In this document: in pieces, positions 13,701 to 27,109 of the stretch
Numbering within the stretch: the stretch's first letter is position 1
Layout: the number at the start of each line of letters is the position of its first letter
Assembly: GCA_030390025.1 (NCBI GenBank)
Contig: CM059432.1
Coordinates: 98,768,001 to 98,832,000 of the forward strand
DNA: 64,000 nucleotides
Direction: 5' to 3'
Source of the DNA: Squalus acanthias
Taxonomy: Eukaryota
The notes under the pieces: model-generated
Databases searched by the model: none
Seen by the model: the letters and a program-made list of their open reading frames with translations, nothing else
What the model was told of the DNA's origin: nothing
Translations under genes and position numbers: made by a program

Positions 13701-14729
13701 TTATATCGTGGGGTGACCCTGTGAGAGGCAGTCAGAAGCAACAAAAATAAGCAAGTTTAGAAAGCATCTCCAAGCTGCAGAAATTACTACATAAAATTTC
13801 CAGATTCTTCAGCTTCATAAACTTTTCACTTCTGTCTTGGTCAGATGATCCTGGCAGATACCGCGCCTCAGTCTAAGCTATAACATTGCAATAACAATGA
13901 CTGCCAGGAAACCCACAGCTGTTATGCTACTGCTCCTCACTCTGACATATGGGAAATGAGGCCAGTGGTAACTCAATGCGTGAATTATGGGAAGGCTCAA
14001 AATGTACGATGAAACCCGGGGGAAGCATTTTGAAGGTGCACAAGCATAGATGCAGCATTTTCCCAAATTTTCTAGCTAAAATAATTCCTGTGCTCCTCCT
14101 ACACAGTAAGTACACCGAAAATGGTGAGGAAATTCAGCCCTTGCTCTCTCTCTCTCCCTTCTTTCTCTCTCTCTCTCTCACACACATGCATATTAGTTTT
14201 ACTGGTTCACTTAAGTGGAATCTTCTGATCCCATGACAGAAGAAAAAAAAATATCGCCTATTGGAATGGATTAAGTTCTTTATTTTGATTCACTTAATCA
14301 GGATCATTCTTTAACAACTGATTCACTTAAACAGACTTCTCTGTACGACAATTGACATCAGTGCCCATTGACAAAAACAGTTAAAAATCAGCCAGGACCC
14401 CTACTCTTGATTGCTATCAAGTGACCCCTGTTGGAAAGATTGCATATGTGGTTGTCCCATGAGGATAGGATGAGACTTGGCATATTAATACAAACTATGT
14501 TTTGTATCTAGAATTCGCACAGTCTGATCAGCAATAATAAAATCAAAAGTGCTTCAAATATCCATCAACATTTGTTTTGATACAAAAGTGAATCTAACAA
14601 TTTGAAAATGTTCTAACTACCTTTGACATAACAGAAAATGGATGGAAATTCTTTCACATTATACAACGTGAAGGTGCTTGTAATATTTTTGAAACACTGC
14701 CAGAAAATAGAGCACCACTTGTAGTTGTG

Positions 14730-14945
14730 CAAATGTTCGATAAATATTTTATAGCAAAAAAAATTGAATGTGAATCTCTGTTCCAGCAGAACAAACGAAA
14801 ACCTCCAGAGATGTTGGACATGTACCACACAAGGCTCAGTGAGCTAACAGTCATGTACAAATTTATCAGCATGGATAACGAGATCAAATCTCAAATGATC
14901 CGAAGTCACAAATCTTTATGCGTACACAGATGTGCAATGCAAGGC
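14730..14945 (+). pseudogene. Decayed Ty3/Gypsy gag remnant
   Basis: YFIAKK..E..FQQ....E.LD.YHTRL.EL...F...DNEIKSQMI fits the retrotransposon gag pattern. Confidence 0.6.
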
Positions 14946-15044
14946 ACGCTATAAGTTTTGTTTGTCTTACTGGACTGGATTCAAAAGAACATTTGAAATG
15001 CTCAAATTCTAGACTTCAAGCATTGAACAAACATTTCAAATAAG

Positions 15045-15680
15045 TGGGGTTGGTTTTATCTGGAGGCACATTTGTGGTGGGCAGGGTCGGGGGGACGGAA
15101 GGAAACCCTCACGAGGAACTCAGCGCAAGGTCCAGGCCATTTTAACCCCCGAGCATCATATAAATAATCTAAGATGTCTCCTGTCCAAAACCGATGGGAG
15201 TGACATCAGGACCAACAGGTGGAAGCGAAAATGGGGTTGGGAGCCTGAGGGAATGGCCCCCGGCATAAAGTTAGTGCTGGACAAGGGCATGGTAGCTGAT
15301 GCCGGCGTTGGGAGGGAGAGGCAAGGCTGGTGCTGGGGAGGCCCAAGGACTTCTTGCGGGGCTTATCTTGGCCTCTTCTGATCTCTCCGTGCCTCCCGCC
15401 ATGGGATGGCAGTAAAGATTGGCTCCATGCAGACCTCCCGAATCTGGAAGTTAAAATGTCATTGAGGTGCCAATGATGTAATTGGGCATGATTTTCAAAG
15501 TAACGTAGGCCCCTACCTGCCGCTGGCAGGCGGCCCACCTGTGCCTGAATTAAAGTAAGTAAAGTTGGTGGATGGAGCAGGATCACATCGGAAATGAGGC
15601 ATGCCTCGCTCTACCATGTTGGCCACCCCACCCACACCATTCCCGCCGGGCGGGAGGGCGGGGTTGTTAAAATCCACTCC
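15045..15680. mobile_element. Harbinger-type MITE (older)
   Basis: Imperfect TIRs GGGGTTGGTTTTA...TAAAATCCACTCC around a GC-rich body. Confidence 0.6.
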
Positions 15681-15944
15681 TGTGATGGAAATGATACTGA
15701 GAGAAAAACCTCACACTCAGCAAAAACAAACAGTAAATATTGAAATCTGTGGATAGCGTGAACAAAAGATGGGATACTAACTGACTACAAAGAGTTATTA
15801 CGATCAAGAAAATGAGTGTTCTTAGCAACTCAAACAAAATCAGAAGCAGATCACTGCCAGATTCAAACAAACTTTGCAAGAATTACACAACAGCTACGTC
15901 TAATGCGAAGCTGGGAAACAAGTAACTTGAAACACTGAAGGGCT

Positions 15945-16190
15945 ACTTAATCAGCAATACCTACTTTGATCAAAAGAAAACAATGGAAATTACTGTAGAT
16001 GCTAGTCCTGTTGGCCTTCGCATTATATCTACCTATCCAAAGGGACATAGAACACAAACTGGTTATTAGCTTACACCGCACAGCATTATCAGCTGTTGAA
16101 CACACAGAATGGGAGGTGTTATCTATCATAAGGGCCTGCAAATATTTGCTTCTATATCTCTATGGCACTCAGTTTACAATGATCAGCAAT
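15945..16190 (+). pseudogene. Decayed Ty3/Gypsy RNase H remnant
   Basis: YFDQKKTMEITVDASPVGL, then RTALSAVE..E.EVLSIIRACKYLLLYLYGTQFTMISN. Confidence 0.8.
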
Positions 16191-17792
16191 CAACAACAAC
16201 TTGTATTTATAGAGCCTTTAACTTAGTAAAACGTCCCAAGGCGTTTCACAGGAGCGTTATAAAACAAGATTTGACACCAAGCCACATAAGGAGATATTCG
16301 GGTAGGTGAGGTCAGTTTTAAGGAGCGTCTTAAAGGAGAAAGTCAAGTCTAAAGGTAACAAAAGCATGGATGAGGGTTTCAGCAGCAGATGAGCTGAGGC
16401 AGGGGTAGAGTCGGGCGGTATTCCGGAGGTGGAAATAGGCGATCTTAGTGCTAGCAGGAAGTTTATTTCGGGGTCAAATATGAAACCAAGGTTGCGAACA
16501 GTCTGGTTTAGCCTCAGACAGATGCCAGGGAGAGGGATGGAGTTGATGGCTAGGGAACGAAGTTTGTGGCGGGGACTGAAGACCGTGGCTTCGGTCTTCC
16601 CAATATTTAGTTGGAGGAAATTTCTGCTCATCCAGTACTGGATGTCCGACAAGCAGTCTGACAACTTAGAGACTGTGGAGGGGGTCGAGAGAGGTGGTGG
16701 TGAGGTAGAGCGGGGTGTCATCAGCGTACATGTGAAAACTGATGCTGTGTTTTCGGGTGATGTCGCAGAGGGGCAGCATCTAGATGAGAAATAGGAGGGG
16801 GCCAAAGATAGATCCTTGGGGGACACCAGAGGTAATGATGCGGGAGCAGGAAGAGAAGCCATTGCAGGTGATTCTCTGGCTATAATTAGATACATAAGAA
16901 TGGAACAAGGCGAGTGCAGTCCCACCCAGCTTCACGTCAGTGGAGAGGCGTTGGAGGAGAATGGAGTGGTCAACCGTGTCAAAGGCTGCAGACAAGTCAA
17001 GAAGGACGAGGAGGGATAGTTTACCTTTGTCACAGTCACATAGGATGTCATTTGTGACTTTGCTAAGAGCCGATTCCGTACAGTGGCGGGGCGGAAACCT
17101 GATTAGAGGGATTCAAACATGGAGTTCCGGGAAAGATGGGCACGGATTTGGGAGGCGACAACACATTCAAGGACATTGGAGAGGAAAAACAGGTTGGAGA
17201 TGGGGCAGTAGTTAGCAAGGACGGAGGGTTCATGGGTTGGTTTTTTGAGGAGAGGGGTGAAGACGGCAGATTTGAAGGAGAGTGGGACAGTACCTGAGGA
17301 GAGAGAACCATTAACAATATCTGCTAACATGGGAGTCAGGAAAGGAAGTTGGGTGGTCAGCAGTTTAGTGGGAATAGGGTCAAGGGAGCAGGAAGTGGGT
17401 CTCATGGACAAGATAAGCTCGGAGAGGGTATGAGCAGAGATTGGAGAGAAACTGGAGAAAGATGCGAGTTCAAGGCTAGAGGAAGTTTGGCTCAGTGGGC
17501 TAGGGGAAGGGAGGGAAGTGGCAGGGGAAACTGGATCAGATGGTCTCAATCTTAGTGACAAAGAATTCCAAGAGCTCCTCGCACTTGTTAGAAGTGAGGG
17601 CAGAGGAGTGAGGGAGAGGGGTTTAAGAAGACGGTTTGCGGTAGAGAAAAGAAGCCGGGGGTTATCTTTGCATTCCAGAATGATGCTGGAATAGTGAGCA
17701 TATTTGGTAGAGGTGAGCAGGACCCAATAGTGCTTTGTGTGCTACAGCCAGATCTGGCGGTGAATGGCTAAACCCGTTGTCCGCCGCCATAT
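16190..17792 (-). mobile_element. L2 LINE, partial
   Basis: CSLDPIPTKLL, SAAFDTVDH, GVPQGSIFGPLLF; (GTT)n tail at the left end. Confidence 0.92.
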
Positions 17793-17794
17793 TT

Positions 17795-19486
17795 TTGTTT
17801 AAATTTGTTTAAGGGATGTGGGCGTCGCTGGCAAGGCCAGCATGTATTGGCCATCCCTAATTACCCTTGAGAAGGTGGTGGTGAGCCGCTTTCTTGACCT
17901 GCTGCAGTCCGTGTGGTGAAGGTACTCCCACAGTGCTGTTAGGTAGGGAGTTCCAGGATTTTGACCCAGCGATGATGAAGGATCAGCGATATACTTCTAA
18001 GTCAGGATGGAGTGTGAGTTGGAGGGGAACTTCGAGGTGGTGGTGTTCCCATGTGTCTGCTACCCTTGTCCTTCTAGGTAGATGTTGCAGGTTTGGGAGG
18101 TGCTGCTGAAGAAGCCTTGGCGAGTTGCTGCAGTGCATCTTGTAGATGGTACACACTGCAGCCACAGTACGCCAGTGGTGGGGGGAGTGAATGTTTAAGG
18201 TGGTGGATGGGGTGCCAATCAAGTGGGCTGCTTTGTCCTGGATGGCGTTGAGCTTCTTCAGTGTTGTTGGAGCTGCACTCATCCAGGCAAGTGGACAGTA
18301 TTCCATGACACTCCTTACTTGTGCCTTGTAGATGGTAGAAAGGCTTTGGGGAGTCAGGAGGTGAGACACTCGCCACAGAATACCTAGCCTCTGACTTGCT
18401 CTTGTTGCCACAGTATTTATGTGGCTGGTCCAGTTAAGTTTCTGGTCAACGGTGACCCCCAGGATGTTGATGGTGGGGGATTCGGCGATGGTAATGCCAT
18501 TGAATATATAGAAGCGGTGGTTAGGCTCTCGCTTGTTGGAGATAGTCATTGCCTGGCACTTCTGTGGCGCGAATATTACCTGCCACTTATCAGCCCAAGC
18601 CTGACCATCGTTCAAGTCTTGTTGCATGCGGTCATGGATTGCTTCATTATCTGAGGAGTTTTGAATGGCACTGAACACTGTGCAGTCATCAGCGAACATC
18701 ACCGTTTCTGACATTATGTTGGAGGGAAGGTCATTGATGAAGCAGCTGAAGATGGTTGGGCCTAGGACACTGCCCTGAGGAACTCCTGCAGCGATGTCCT
18801 GGGGCTGTGGTGATTGACCTTCAATCACCACAACCATCTTCCTTTGTGCTAGGTATGACTCCAGCAAGTGGAGAGTTTTCCCCCCGATTCATATTGACTT
18901 CAGTTTTACTAGGGCTCCTTGATGCCAGACTCGGTCAAATGCTGCCTTGATGTCAAGGGCAGTCACTTTCACTTCTGCTCTGGAATTCAACTCCTTTGTC
19001 CTTGTTTGGGCTAAGGCTGTATTGAGGTCGGGAGCCGAGTGCTCTTTACGGAACCCAAACTGGGCATCAGTGAGCAGGTTATTGGTGAGTAAGTGCTGCT
19101 TGATAGCACTGTTGATGACCCCTTCCATCACTGTGCTGATGATTGAGAGTAGACTGATGGGGCGGTAATTGGCTGGATTGGATTTGTCCTGCTTTTTGTG
19201 GACAGGACATATCTGGGCAGTTTTCCACATTGTTGGATAGATGCCAGTGTTGTAGCTGTACTGGAATAGCTTGGCTAGAGGCGCAGTTAGTTCTGGAGCA
19301 CAAGTCTTCAGCACAACAGCTGGGATGTTGTCAGGGCCCATAGGCTTTGCTATATCCAGTGCGCTCAGCCGTTTCTTGATATCACGTGGAATGAATCGAA
19401 TTGGCTGAAGACTGGCTTCTGTGGTGGTGGGGACCTCAGGAGGAGGCCAATATGAATCATCCACTCGGCACTTCAGGCTGAAGATA
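17795..19486 (-). mobile_element. 5'-truncated copy of the SINE-headed LINE family (see 35432)
   Basis: High identity to 37035-38733; [25 protein letters not shown]. Confidence 0.95.
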
Positions 19487-20303
19487 GTCATAGCCCTTTT
19501 CGGGCCACCCCAGATCAGGCGTATTCCCCAGATGTTCACCTTCAACTAAAGTTAGAGGTAGCTGAATCCTATAAGATGCTTAATTGGGTCTAAAGGTTCA
19601 GACTATCTCTCCCTAAAGGAAAGGAACATCCTGAAGATGTTACCGTCCTCCGGATAGCACTTTTAACAAGTTTAACTAGACTGTAACCTTCCGGATATTA
19701 TGAGGGTCCGGAATACCCCCCAGAATTCTGCAACTCCTTTGTGAAGAGTGTACAGAAATTGAGTTCGTGAGATTGATACAGAAATACTCTGTGAGACAAT
19801 TTTAAAAATATATAGATTTATTAAAGAACCAACATTTAGTTAACAGCTGGTATGGCAATCGCAACTTTAACCGTTCAAAATACAAATAGCTTACATTTCT
19901 TATCAGAGATCCTTATTCTCAAATCTTAACTTCGCTACATTTCCACACTTCTACTTATTTCTTAATCCAGAATATCCACCAAAATCAAACACCTTGATTA
20001 CCCGAAACTCAGAGTTGTAGGCCTAAAGAGTGGTTCTGAAGGCGAGAATCGCTTGCCTTTCCAGCAACTTCTGACTCTCTATCTGGAAAGCTCTATTTTT
20101 ATACCTTTTTTTAGTGGTTTATTCTTTGAAGTTTTCTGCTGATGTAAGCTAATTGTCTCTAGTGATTCTTTATTGAATTCTTTTCTATTCTTACTGTTAA
20201 TTCAGCTGTCAGCTTTCAGAATCCTGTCTGCTGTATAGGTGTTTCAAAAACTTATCATATCCTGGTTATTACAGATTTATCTCTTTGATGCCATTCTTTC
20301 ACA
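19485..20303 (-). mobile_element. LTR related to 27283-28497, last ~15 bp missing
   Basis: Minus strand starts TGTGAAAGAAT; TATA (GGTATAAAAA), AATAAA and R/U5 align with the 27283 LTR. Confidence 0.85.
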
Positions 20304-20393
20304 GGTCTTTCATTTCAATTCTTAATATCACCTTAACTGCTTGTTAGCAGATGTTATGTCTCCTAACTATTCCATTTTCAATACAAACACAAT

Positions 20394-21115
20394 GGGCTGG
20401 ATTTTCATTGACCCATGGAGGCGGGTTTGGAGGCGTGTGGGGGGTTAAAATTGCAAAAACTGGCAGGCGGGCACAAGCCCGCCTCCACGCAATTTTCATT
20501 AAATCATGTCTGCTGGTCCCGACTCCATTCCACCTCTAAGAGGCGGGATAGGCTGTTAAGGCCCTTAACAAGCACTACATTGCCTCTATAATGCCATTTT
20601 GAAAGGCCTTTGTGATTTTAACCCTTTTTTCTGTGTGAAGCACGCCTGTTCTTAACCACGAATGTGAAACCTGGCGGGAGCACATTTGGATAGCTGATGC
20701 TGATGCATGCAGGCATGCATGCATACATGCTGGCTGGCTATGGGGATGCATATATGAATGGCTATGTGGATGGATGCATATATGGGTGGATGGGGAGGAA
20801 CCATATCTGGGAGTGGTGGTGTAAAAATATCTGGGAGCAGACTTAGGGCTGCTGCTGCTCATTTTGCATCCAGGTCCTCTCACAGCAAAGGCCAGGCAGT
20901 CTCTGAAGACCTTCAATGCAGCAGCAATGATGACATCATCAGAGGTGACTTTCAGACTGAAAACACTAATTGGTTCATGGGTTCCCACATGCTGGAACTC
21001 AATTGCCCAATTAGGTGAAAATTGCATCAATCTCCCACATCCAATTGTAGTCGGGTGGATAACATGAAAAGTGGATGACACGACCCCAACCCGCCCCAGT
21101 ATCAAAATCCAGCCC
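20394..21115. mobile_element. Harbinger-type MITE
   Basis: Perfect 12-bp TIR GGGCTGGATTTT/AAAATCCAGCCC; 3-bp TSD AAT. Confidence 0.9.
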
Positions 21116-22879
21116 AATGTGATTGCTTGATGCATCCATTGATATGATATCTTCAAAGTGTTCTGTTTGTACCTTTTATAACATGTAAATTAAAAACAAT
21201 TCATCTAGAGTGTTCTTTGCATTTCTTATTTACTTCAATTGGTTATATTAAGAATCATGTCTCCTTGTTCTAAGTTTAACATAAAACTATTTTACGGCAG
21301 GTATTTCTTTTACTTGATGTCATTTTTTCAAAGGCACTTGTTTTTTTAATGTGCTGTGCACCAGTTCGACATGTTAGATTTTAACACTTTCAACTGGGTA
21401 ATGGTATTGTGTTGTTCCAAACTGTAGACATCTCGGAAGCAAGCCTTTGCTTTTTCAATGAGGCCATTGTGTCAGTGTCACTAACCATTTCCCATTTCAA
21501 AGCTTGTTTGGTGTTTACAGCTTTTGTTATCAACTGTTCTTATCTCAAAAGTCTGTATTGTGTTTGCAGCCTGTGTCGCCGAGGCTTTCCAGACTTTTAA
21601 ACCCAGTATGTCAAGTATTAATATCAGAAATCTGTTCATAGGATGGTGTATTTTTCTGAAATATGGCTTATTCCTTCACAGTTATTCATCCCTAGTGATA
21701 AGACCATACTCAGAAACTGTACCTGTAGTGTTAGACTTCGCAACCTAGACAGAGGAGAAAAATCAAGCAAGGCCAACTGCACAGCTCGTGGGACACCTCC
21801 TGCTGAATGACCATGATCCTAAATCATGTTGTGTCTCTCTCAGGAGCAAATAACATGTTAACTGCAGACAGCAGGATATAGTGGAAGGATGAATAAATAA
21901 ACACTATGATATGTGTTAATTATTCATTTATAAATCCTATTCAAGCCTATCTGCTGAGGTGATTTTCAGTTACAAGAACAAACACATGGCTATATTAAAA
22001 TTTAATATTTCCGAAGGAATGATTTACCTGATAAGTTATTTTACGTTTTTAATTTAAATGTAAATTGAATTTTATGAGGTAATGCTTATCTAAATTTGAT
22101 CCAAAACAGAGCCCACATTAAAACATGAGAAAGTCCTGTACCATTCTCCAGCATATATTTCATGCGTACTGTTTTAATCTTTTTATTTTTTGCCGTATTA
22201 AAATGAATAACAAATAAATCAGCATTTGAAAATGTTTTTAAAGATAGAGGGAGAAATGGAGAGGTGGAAGTGTTTAGGGAGGGAATTGCAGAGAGCATGA
22301 GAGAATGGAGCTTAAGGCTTTGCCATTAACTGTAGGGTGAAGGGAGGCGGGGTTGACGAGGTAAAGAGCTGGAAGAGGTTCTTGGCATGGGATGGGGTAA
22401 GGCTGTGGAGGAATTTGAAGATGAGGACAAAGATTAAAATCCAATGTGGTTCAATGAGAACAGGATTGATTGGCGAGCCACTTACAGTCACTCTGTGTTG
22501 GAGTGAATTGCTTACGATCAATTCCCTTTACATCCCAACCTTCACCTGGAACCGTTCCTTCCCCTATAGCCTTATGTGCAATAATGTACAACAGTCTCAA
22601 ATAGGGGGTAAAATTGGTCTTCAGCATTCTATTTGCCTTATACCCTGACCAATTTTTTATTCTATTGAAGTCATTGTGGGTAATTTTAATTTGGGGCAAT
22701 GGTGTAAAACTGGTAATATTGAATCAACTCGCCTGATTTTCCTTTCCATTGAAATCAAAAGAAGGGAAAATAGAGCGTGGTGTATAATGGGCGGGCAATT
22801 CGATATCTCAGTTTTACACCATTGCCTAAAGTTAAAATTATCACTAACGGGTGTACTCTTTTGATGCACACTATAAACA

Positions 22880-23310
22880 AATAAATTGTAACTAAAAAAA
22901 CCATTAAAGAAACCTTAGCAACTAAAATTAAAATTGGTCCCCGGGGGTGATGATGCACTCCTGTCCCTGCGGTGCCCACCGGTCGCAGAAGGCCTTGAGC
23001 GTGCCGGCGGACACCGCGTGCTCCATCTCCAGGGCCACCTGAGCGCGAACATGGCTGCGGAAGAGAGGCAGGCAGTCAGGACGAATGATCCACTCGACCG
23101 CCCACTGCCTGGGCCAGTTGATGGCATCTTTGGCCAGGCCCAGGAGCAGTCCTACGAAGAGGTCCCCCGATCTGCCCGCTCCCATCCGCACCGGGTGACC
23201 GAAGATCAGGAGCATGGGACTGAAGAGCAGCCAAAAATTGAGGAGCAACCCCTTCAAATAATGGAAGAGGGGCTGCAACCTCTCATATTCGATATTTCCA
23301 TGGAACACGG
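22880..23310 (-). mobile_element. Tx1/L1-type LINE 3' fragment
   Basis: RLQPLFHYLKGLLLNFWLLFSP...LLLGLAK.AI C-terminus; a second copy lies at ~26215. Confidence 0.75.
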
Positions 23311-23439
23311 ACTCTCCCTAATGGGTTTAAATCAGGCTGCCGATTCACTATTGCCCATTTTGCAATACTACCAAAGACCAATTTTACCTCACAGACTCTA
23401 ATTGCATGGTGCATCACATTAATTATGGGCTGCTTACTT

Positions 23440-23960
23440 ACAACTCATTGTTGCACACTATCAATAAATGTAAAGGTCAGGCTAACAGTCATCAGAAATG
23501 CCACAGGTGGCCTGTCAGGAAAACAGGCATTTACTTGCATGACGCAATGCTGCTGGTCACAAATGAGCTACACATTGAGAGAATGAAATCCTTTCCTGTT
23601 GACATAAGTGATAGCATTGATGAAGGAAGCACACACAGCTACCTGAATGTAATTTATGACTCTTTGTACATTGGGAAATGCTGCCACTCTGGAATGTTAG
23701 TGCCCCAGTCATACTGCGGCTAATTATCCATGGAAAAGGTCATGAACTGACCAATCAATACATTGGTGTTTTGCTTTATGCATCTATGTTGACTGATTAA
23801 TGTTGCTGATGTCCCCAGTGGCCTAGAATGACTCTGAGGCATAAAAGTTCGAGACGTTTGTGACTTTCACAGCAATTGGCAGTGCTGTTCTAATGGTGGG
23901 AGCAGTTGTGTTTCAACATGTGGCATAATTCAATGATTCGTTCCTTTGTGAAGTCTAGCC
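23440..23960 (-). pseudogene. Harbinger transposase (DDE_Tnp_4-type) remnant
   Basis: Minus strand gives ALPIAVKVT..NFYAS.SF and YVNRKGFHSLNV*LICD. Confidence 0.85.
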
Positions 23961-25078
23961 AGCAACAACGGACAAAGTAATTTCACATGAACTCAATTGC
24001 CCTAAAATTCCAAGGGGCTACCACTGGTGTCCCAGCATAACTTTGGCAGGAGATCTGTGGAAACCCCAAAGAAATTACATAAATGCCTGTTTTCAGCCAT
24101 TTATGTAATTCTCTGGGGTTTCTGCCAATCTCCCTCCAAATTTACAATGGGGAACATGTGATCGCCCCACAGAATTTCAGGGCCAATGTGTTTGTTGCTA
24201 ATATTGCACAGTGCAATTTCAAACCAATTATCTGTTTACAAAATTTCCTAAACTTTGCTATGCTTTAGAGAAGCCTAATCCCACATCAGCCACAGTAGAA
24301 TTGGATACTGTACTTTGCGTTAACCCAGATTAGCCCCCAATGGACTTGATACTGCTGAAATGACTATGTTCCATAGTAGTAAGGTTGAGATTTGTTGGTT
24401 TAGGTCCAAGTCTCGTGAGTAGAAGAACTAGAGAGCCAATCTGATCCACCAACTAAGTCCAGTCAAATTGCTTAAAATGATAGTTATTACCATGTTGTTA
24501 CTGTACATTTAGGTGAAGGCACACTTTTCCTCCTGTTATCTTTTTAGCAGGGCTTTCAACCTTGTATAACACAATCATAAGAGAGTCAAGTGGATAGTGA
24601 CAAAGGTGTGAGAGCTTCCTGCCATTCAATAGCACAGCCAATAGAGTGGGGCACAGCCGATGGAGTGGATCAGCTCCAATATCGTTGGGATTTTTTTTAA
24701 GCTATTTCACCAGAACTCATTATCATCTGAAATAAAGTGAACATGGTTTAAATTTCAGGAGAAAAAGAGATCCAATAATTCATTTATTTAGTTTAGTTGG
24801 TAGCATTCTTGCCTCAGCATCAGGAGGTTTTGGATTCAAGCCCTCCTCCCCCATCCAGGACTTATGCTCATAATATAGACTGACATTTAGTGAGTACTGA
24901 AGGAGTGTTGCACTATCATAGATGTTGTCTTTCAGATGAGATGTTAAATCTAGGCCTCGTCTGCCTGTATAGGTAAAAGATCCTATGGATGAACCTCACT
25001 ACTTGAGAAGAGCAGGAAAGCCATTCTTGGTGTTGTGGCTAACATCCAACATGACCAAAACAAGTTAACATTATTTAT

Positions 25079-25423
25079 TCCGCCAGCGCATTTCACACTT
25101 CATCTAGCCTCAATCTGTCACATTACCACCTCCTCTTGCCTTGAATATCTCTTAATGTCTCTCAGTGTCTCTTAATCTCTCCTGCCTTCTATACTACCAC
25201 TGACCTTCCCTTTTGTTCTTTCATCCCCTCCCCCTTTTCCCAGCATTATACTTGCTTTAAATCTATTTCATTTCCTGCTTTTTTCCAGTTCTGACGAAGG
25301 GTCTTCGACCTGAAACGTTAACTCTGTTTCTCTCTCCACGGCTGCTGCCTGGCCTGCTGAGTTTTTCCAGCGTTTTCTGTTGTTGTTTCGGATTTCCAGC
25401 ATCCGCAGTATTTTGCTATCGTA
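25079..25423 (+). mobile_element. Penelope-like terminal fragment with 14-bp TSD
   Basis: TSD TTAACATTATTTAT at 25065-25078 and 25424-25437; contains a hammerhead motif. Confidence 0.8.
25287..25323 (+). ncRNA. Minimal type I hammerhead ribozyme candidate
   Basis: AGTT-CTGACGA-A-GGGTC ttc GACCT-GAAA-CGTT-AACT. Confidence 0.7.
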
Positions 25424-25679
25424 TTAACATTATTTATCTTGTTTGCTGTTCATTGGACCTTGCTGTACACAAATTGAATGCTGTGTTTACCTATGAAATA
25501 ACAATAACTCACTTCAAAAAGTAATTGATCAGCTGTAAAGCACTTTGGGATGTTCCCAGGATGTGAAAGGTGTTAAATAAGTGCAAATTCTTTCTTTCAT
25601 ATTTACTTCTTGAATAATGAACGATTGTGGACAAAATACACAGTTTTGGAGTTACCTCCAGTCACTCTCCAGCTGGCCA

Positions 25680-25960
25680 TTCTTCAAACCTGGGCCTTGC
25701 CAGCAGGGCATTCATCAGAATATCACAGCCGAGCTTAATCCTGTCCTCATCTGTGTATTCACATTAGTGAATGGGTCACTGGATAGTAACTGAGACTTGG
25801 AATTCTAGTTAATTTTGTATTCCCTAATCTAAGAGCCTTAAAGCCAGTTGTAGCCCCCTTGCTGTTTCCCCAGCTGAGATCAATTAATTCAGCATAGACC
25901 AATGATTATGGTTAGGACCTTTCAGGTCAGTATGACTTAACCAATCACTGGCTTAACCAG
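25680..25960 (-). mobile_element. Unclassified SINE-like repeat (related pieces at ~12085-12200, ~14385-14480, ~50500-50730)
   Basis: Shared motifs GAGTTAGCTGATCTCAGCTGG and GCTATCCAGTGACCC among the copies. Confidence 0.55.
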
Positions 25961-26214
25961 ATGATTGCTCAGAGGAGCTCTTGAACCCCCTTTTTGTTAC
26001 CAAGTTCAAATGAAATGTTGAACACCGTTTAGTAATACAAAAACCAACTACTGAGGCACAGAAACATATTAACAATCAGGTCAGCAAGCAGATTTTTAAT
26101 GACATAGAATTACATAGAATCTACAGCACAGAAACAGGCCATTCAGCACAACTGGTCTATGCCAGCATTTATGCTCCACATGAGCCTCCTCCCACTCCTC
26201 TTCATCTAACCTTA

Positions 26215-26475
26215 ATAGGTCCAGGCAGCAGGCGGTCGAGGGGGTCGTTCGGCCCGACTGCCTGCCTCACTTCTACGGCCACGTTCGTGCCTGGTTGGCC
26301 CTGGAGTTGGAGCACGCGGTGTCTGCCGGCACACTCGAGGCCTTCCGCGACCGGTGGGCACCGCGGGGACTGGAGTGCTTCATCAACCCCATAACCAAAT
26401 TTTAATTTAATTTGTTAAGTTTCATTTGTTGTATTTTTTGTTAAGTTACAGTTTTAGTTGATCGCACCAAAACAG
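26215..26475 (+). mobile_element. Tx1-type 3' fragment inserted in a CR1 tail
   Basis: Homologous to 22930-23110; CTAACCT occurs on both sides. Confidence 0.7.
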
Positions 26476-27109
26476 CACCTAACCTGATCAGCATATCCTT
26501 CTATTCCTTTCTTCCTCATGTGCTTATCTGGCTTTCTGTTAAATAATGGATTAAACCGAGCAGTAAATTTAATTGTGTCTATTTCAGTACAGAGCACTCT
26601 ACATGGAATTGAGTAAGATCATTTTAATCAAGTAAGTACATTTTTTCATTCACAGCAGCATCTTAAATTACTGGTATACAACTTACTTGGAAAGAGCTGT
26701 ACAGCACTGGTTTGGGAAAGGTTAAATCAGAATACTATTTTAAATTAAACCATGGGACTAGAATAAGGGGACACAGGTTCAAAATAATAAAAAGTAACTT
26801 TAGGCATAATATCAGGAATTTCTTCTTCAAGTAGAGAGTGATGAACACTTGGAATGGACTTCTGGGCAGAGTGGTGGAGCTGAAAGCTCTGGAGTAATTT
26901 AATAAACAATTAGATGCAACAATGAGACGATGGGTGGATGGATGAATTAGAAGGACCAAATGGTCTTCCTCATCCAGAAGTGTTTTGTGCTCTTGTAATC
27001 TCAGAGGGGACTCACTGGCAGATATAGAGTCATGCCCAGCCTCCATGTCTCATGCATGACAGGAAGCAATTCTTAACTTAATTGTAGTTGAGGAGCTGAG
27101 GGTAAGCAG

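Larger units (their letters stand above)
24790..25600 (+). mobile_element. DeuSINE-like SINE (tRNA head, Deu core, L2-type tail), interrupted
   Basis: GTCTTTCAGATGAGATGTTAAATCTAGG resembles the Deu-domain core; tail AAGCACTTTGGGATG...AAGTGCAAATTCTTTCTTT. Confidence 0.75.

Noticed and set aside
19505..19525. CTGATCTGGGG resemblance to a picornaviral IRES motif
   Set aside because: An 11-nt resemblance recalled from memory is too short to imply homology.
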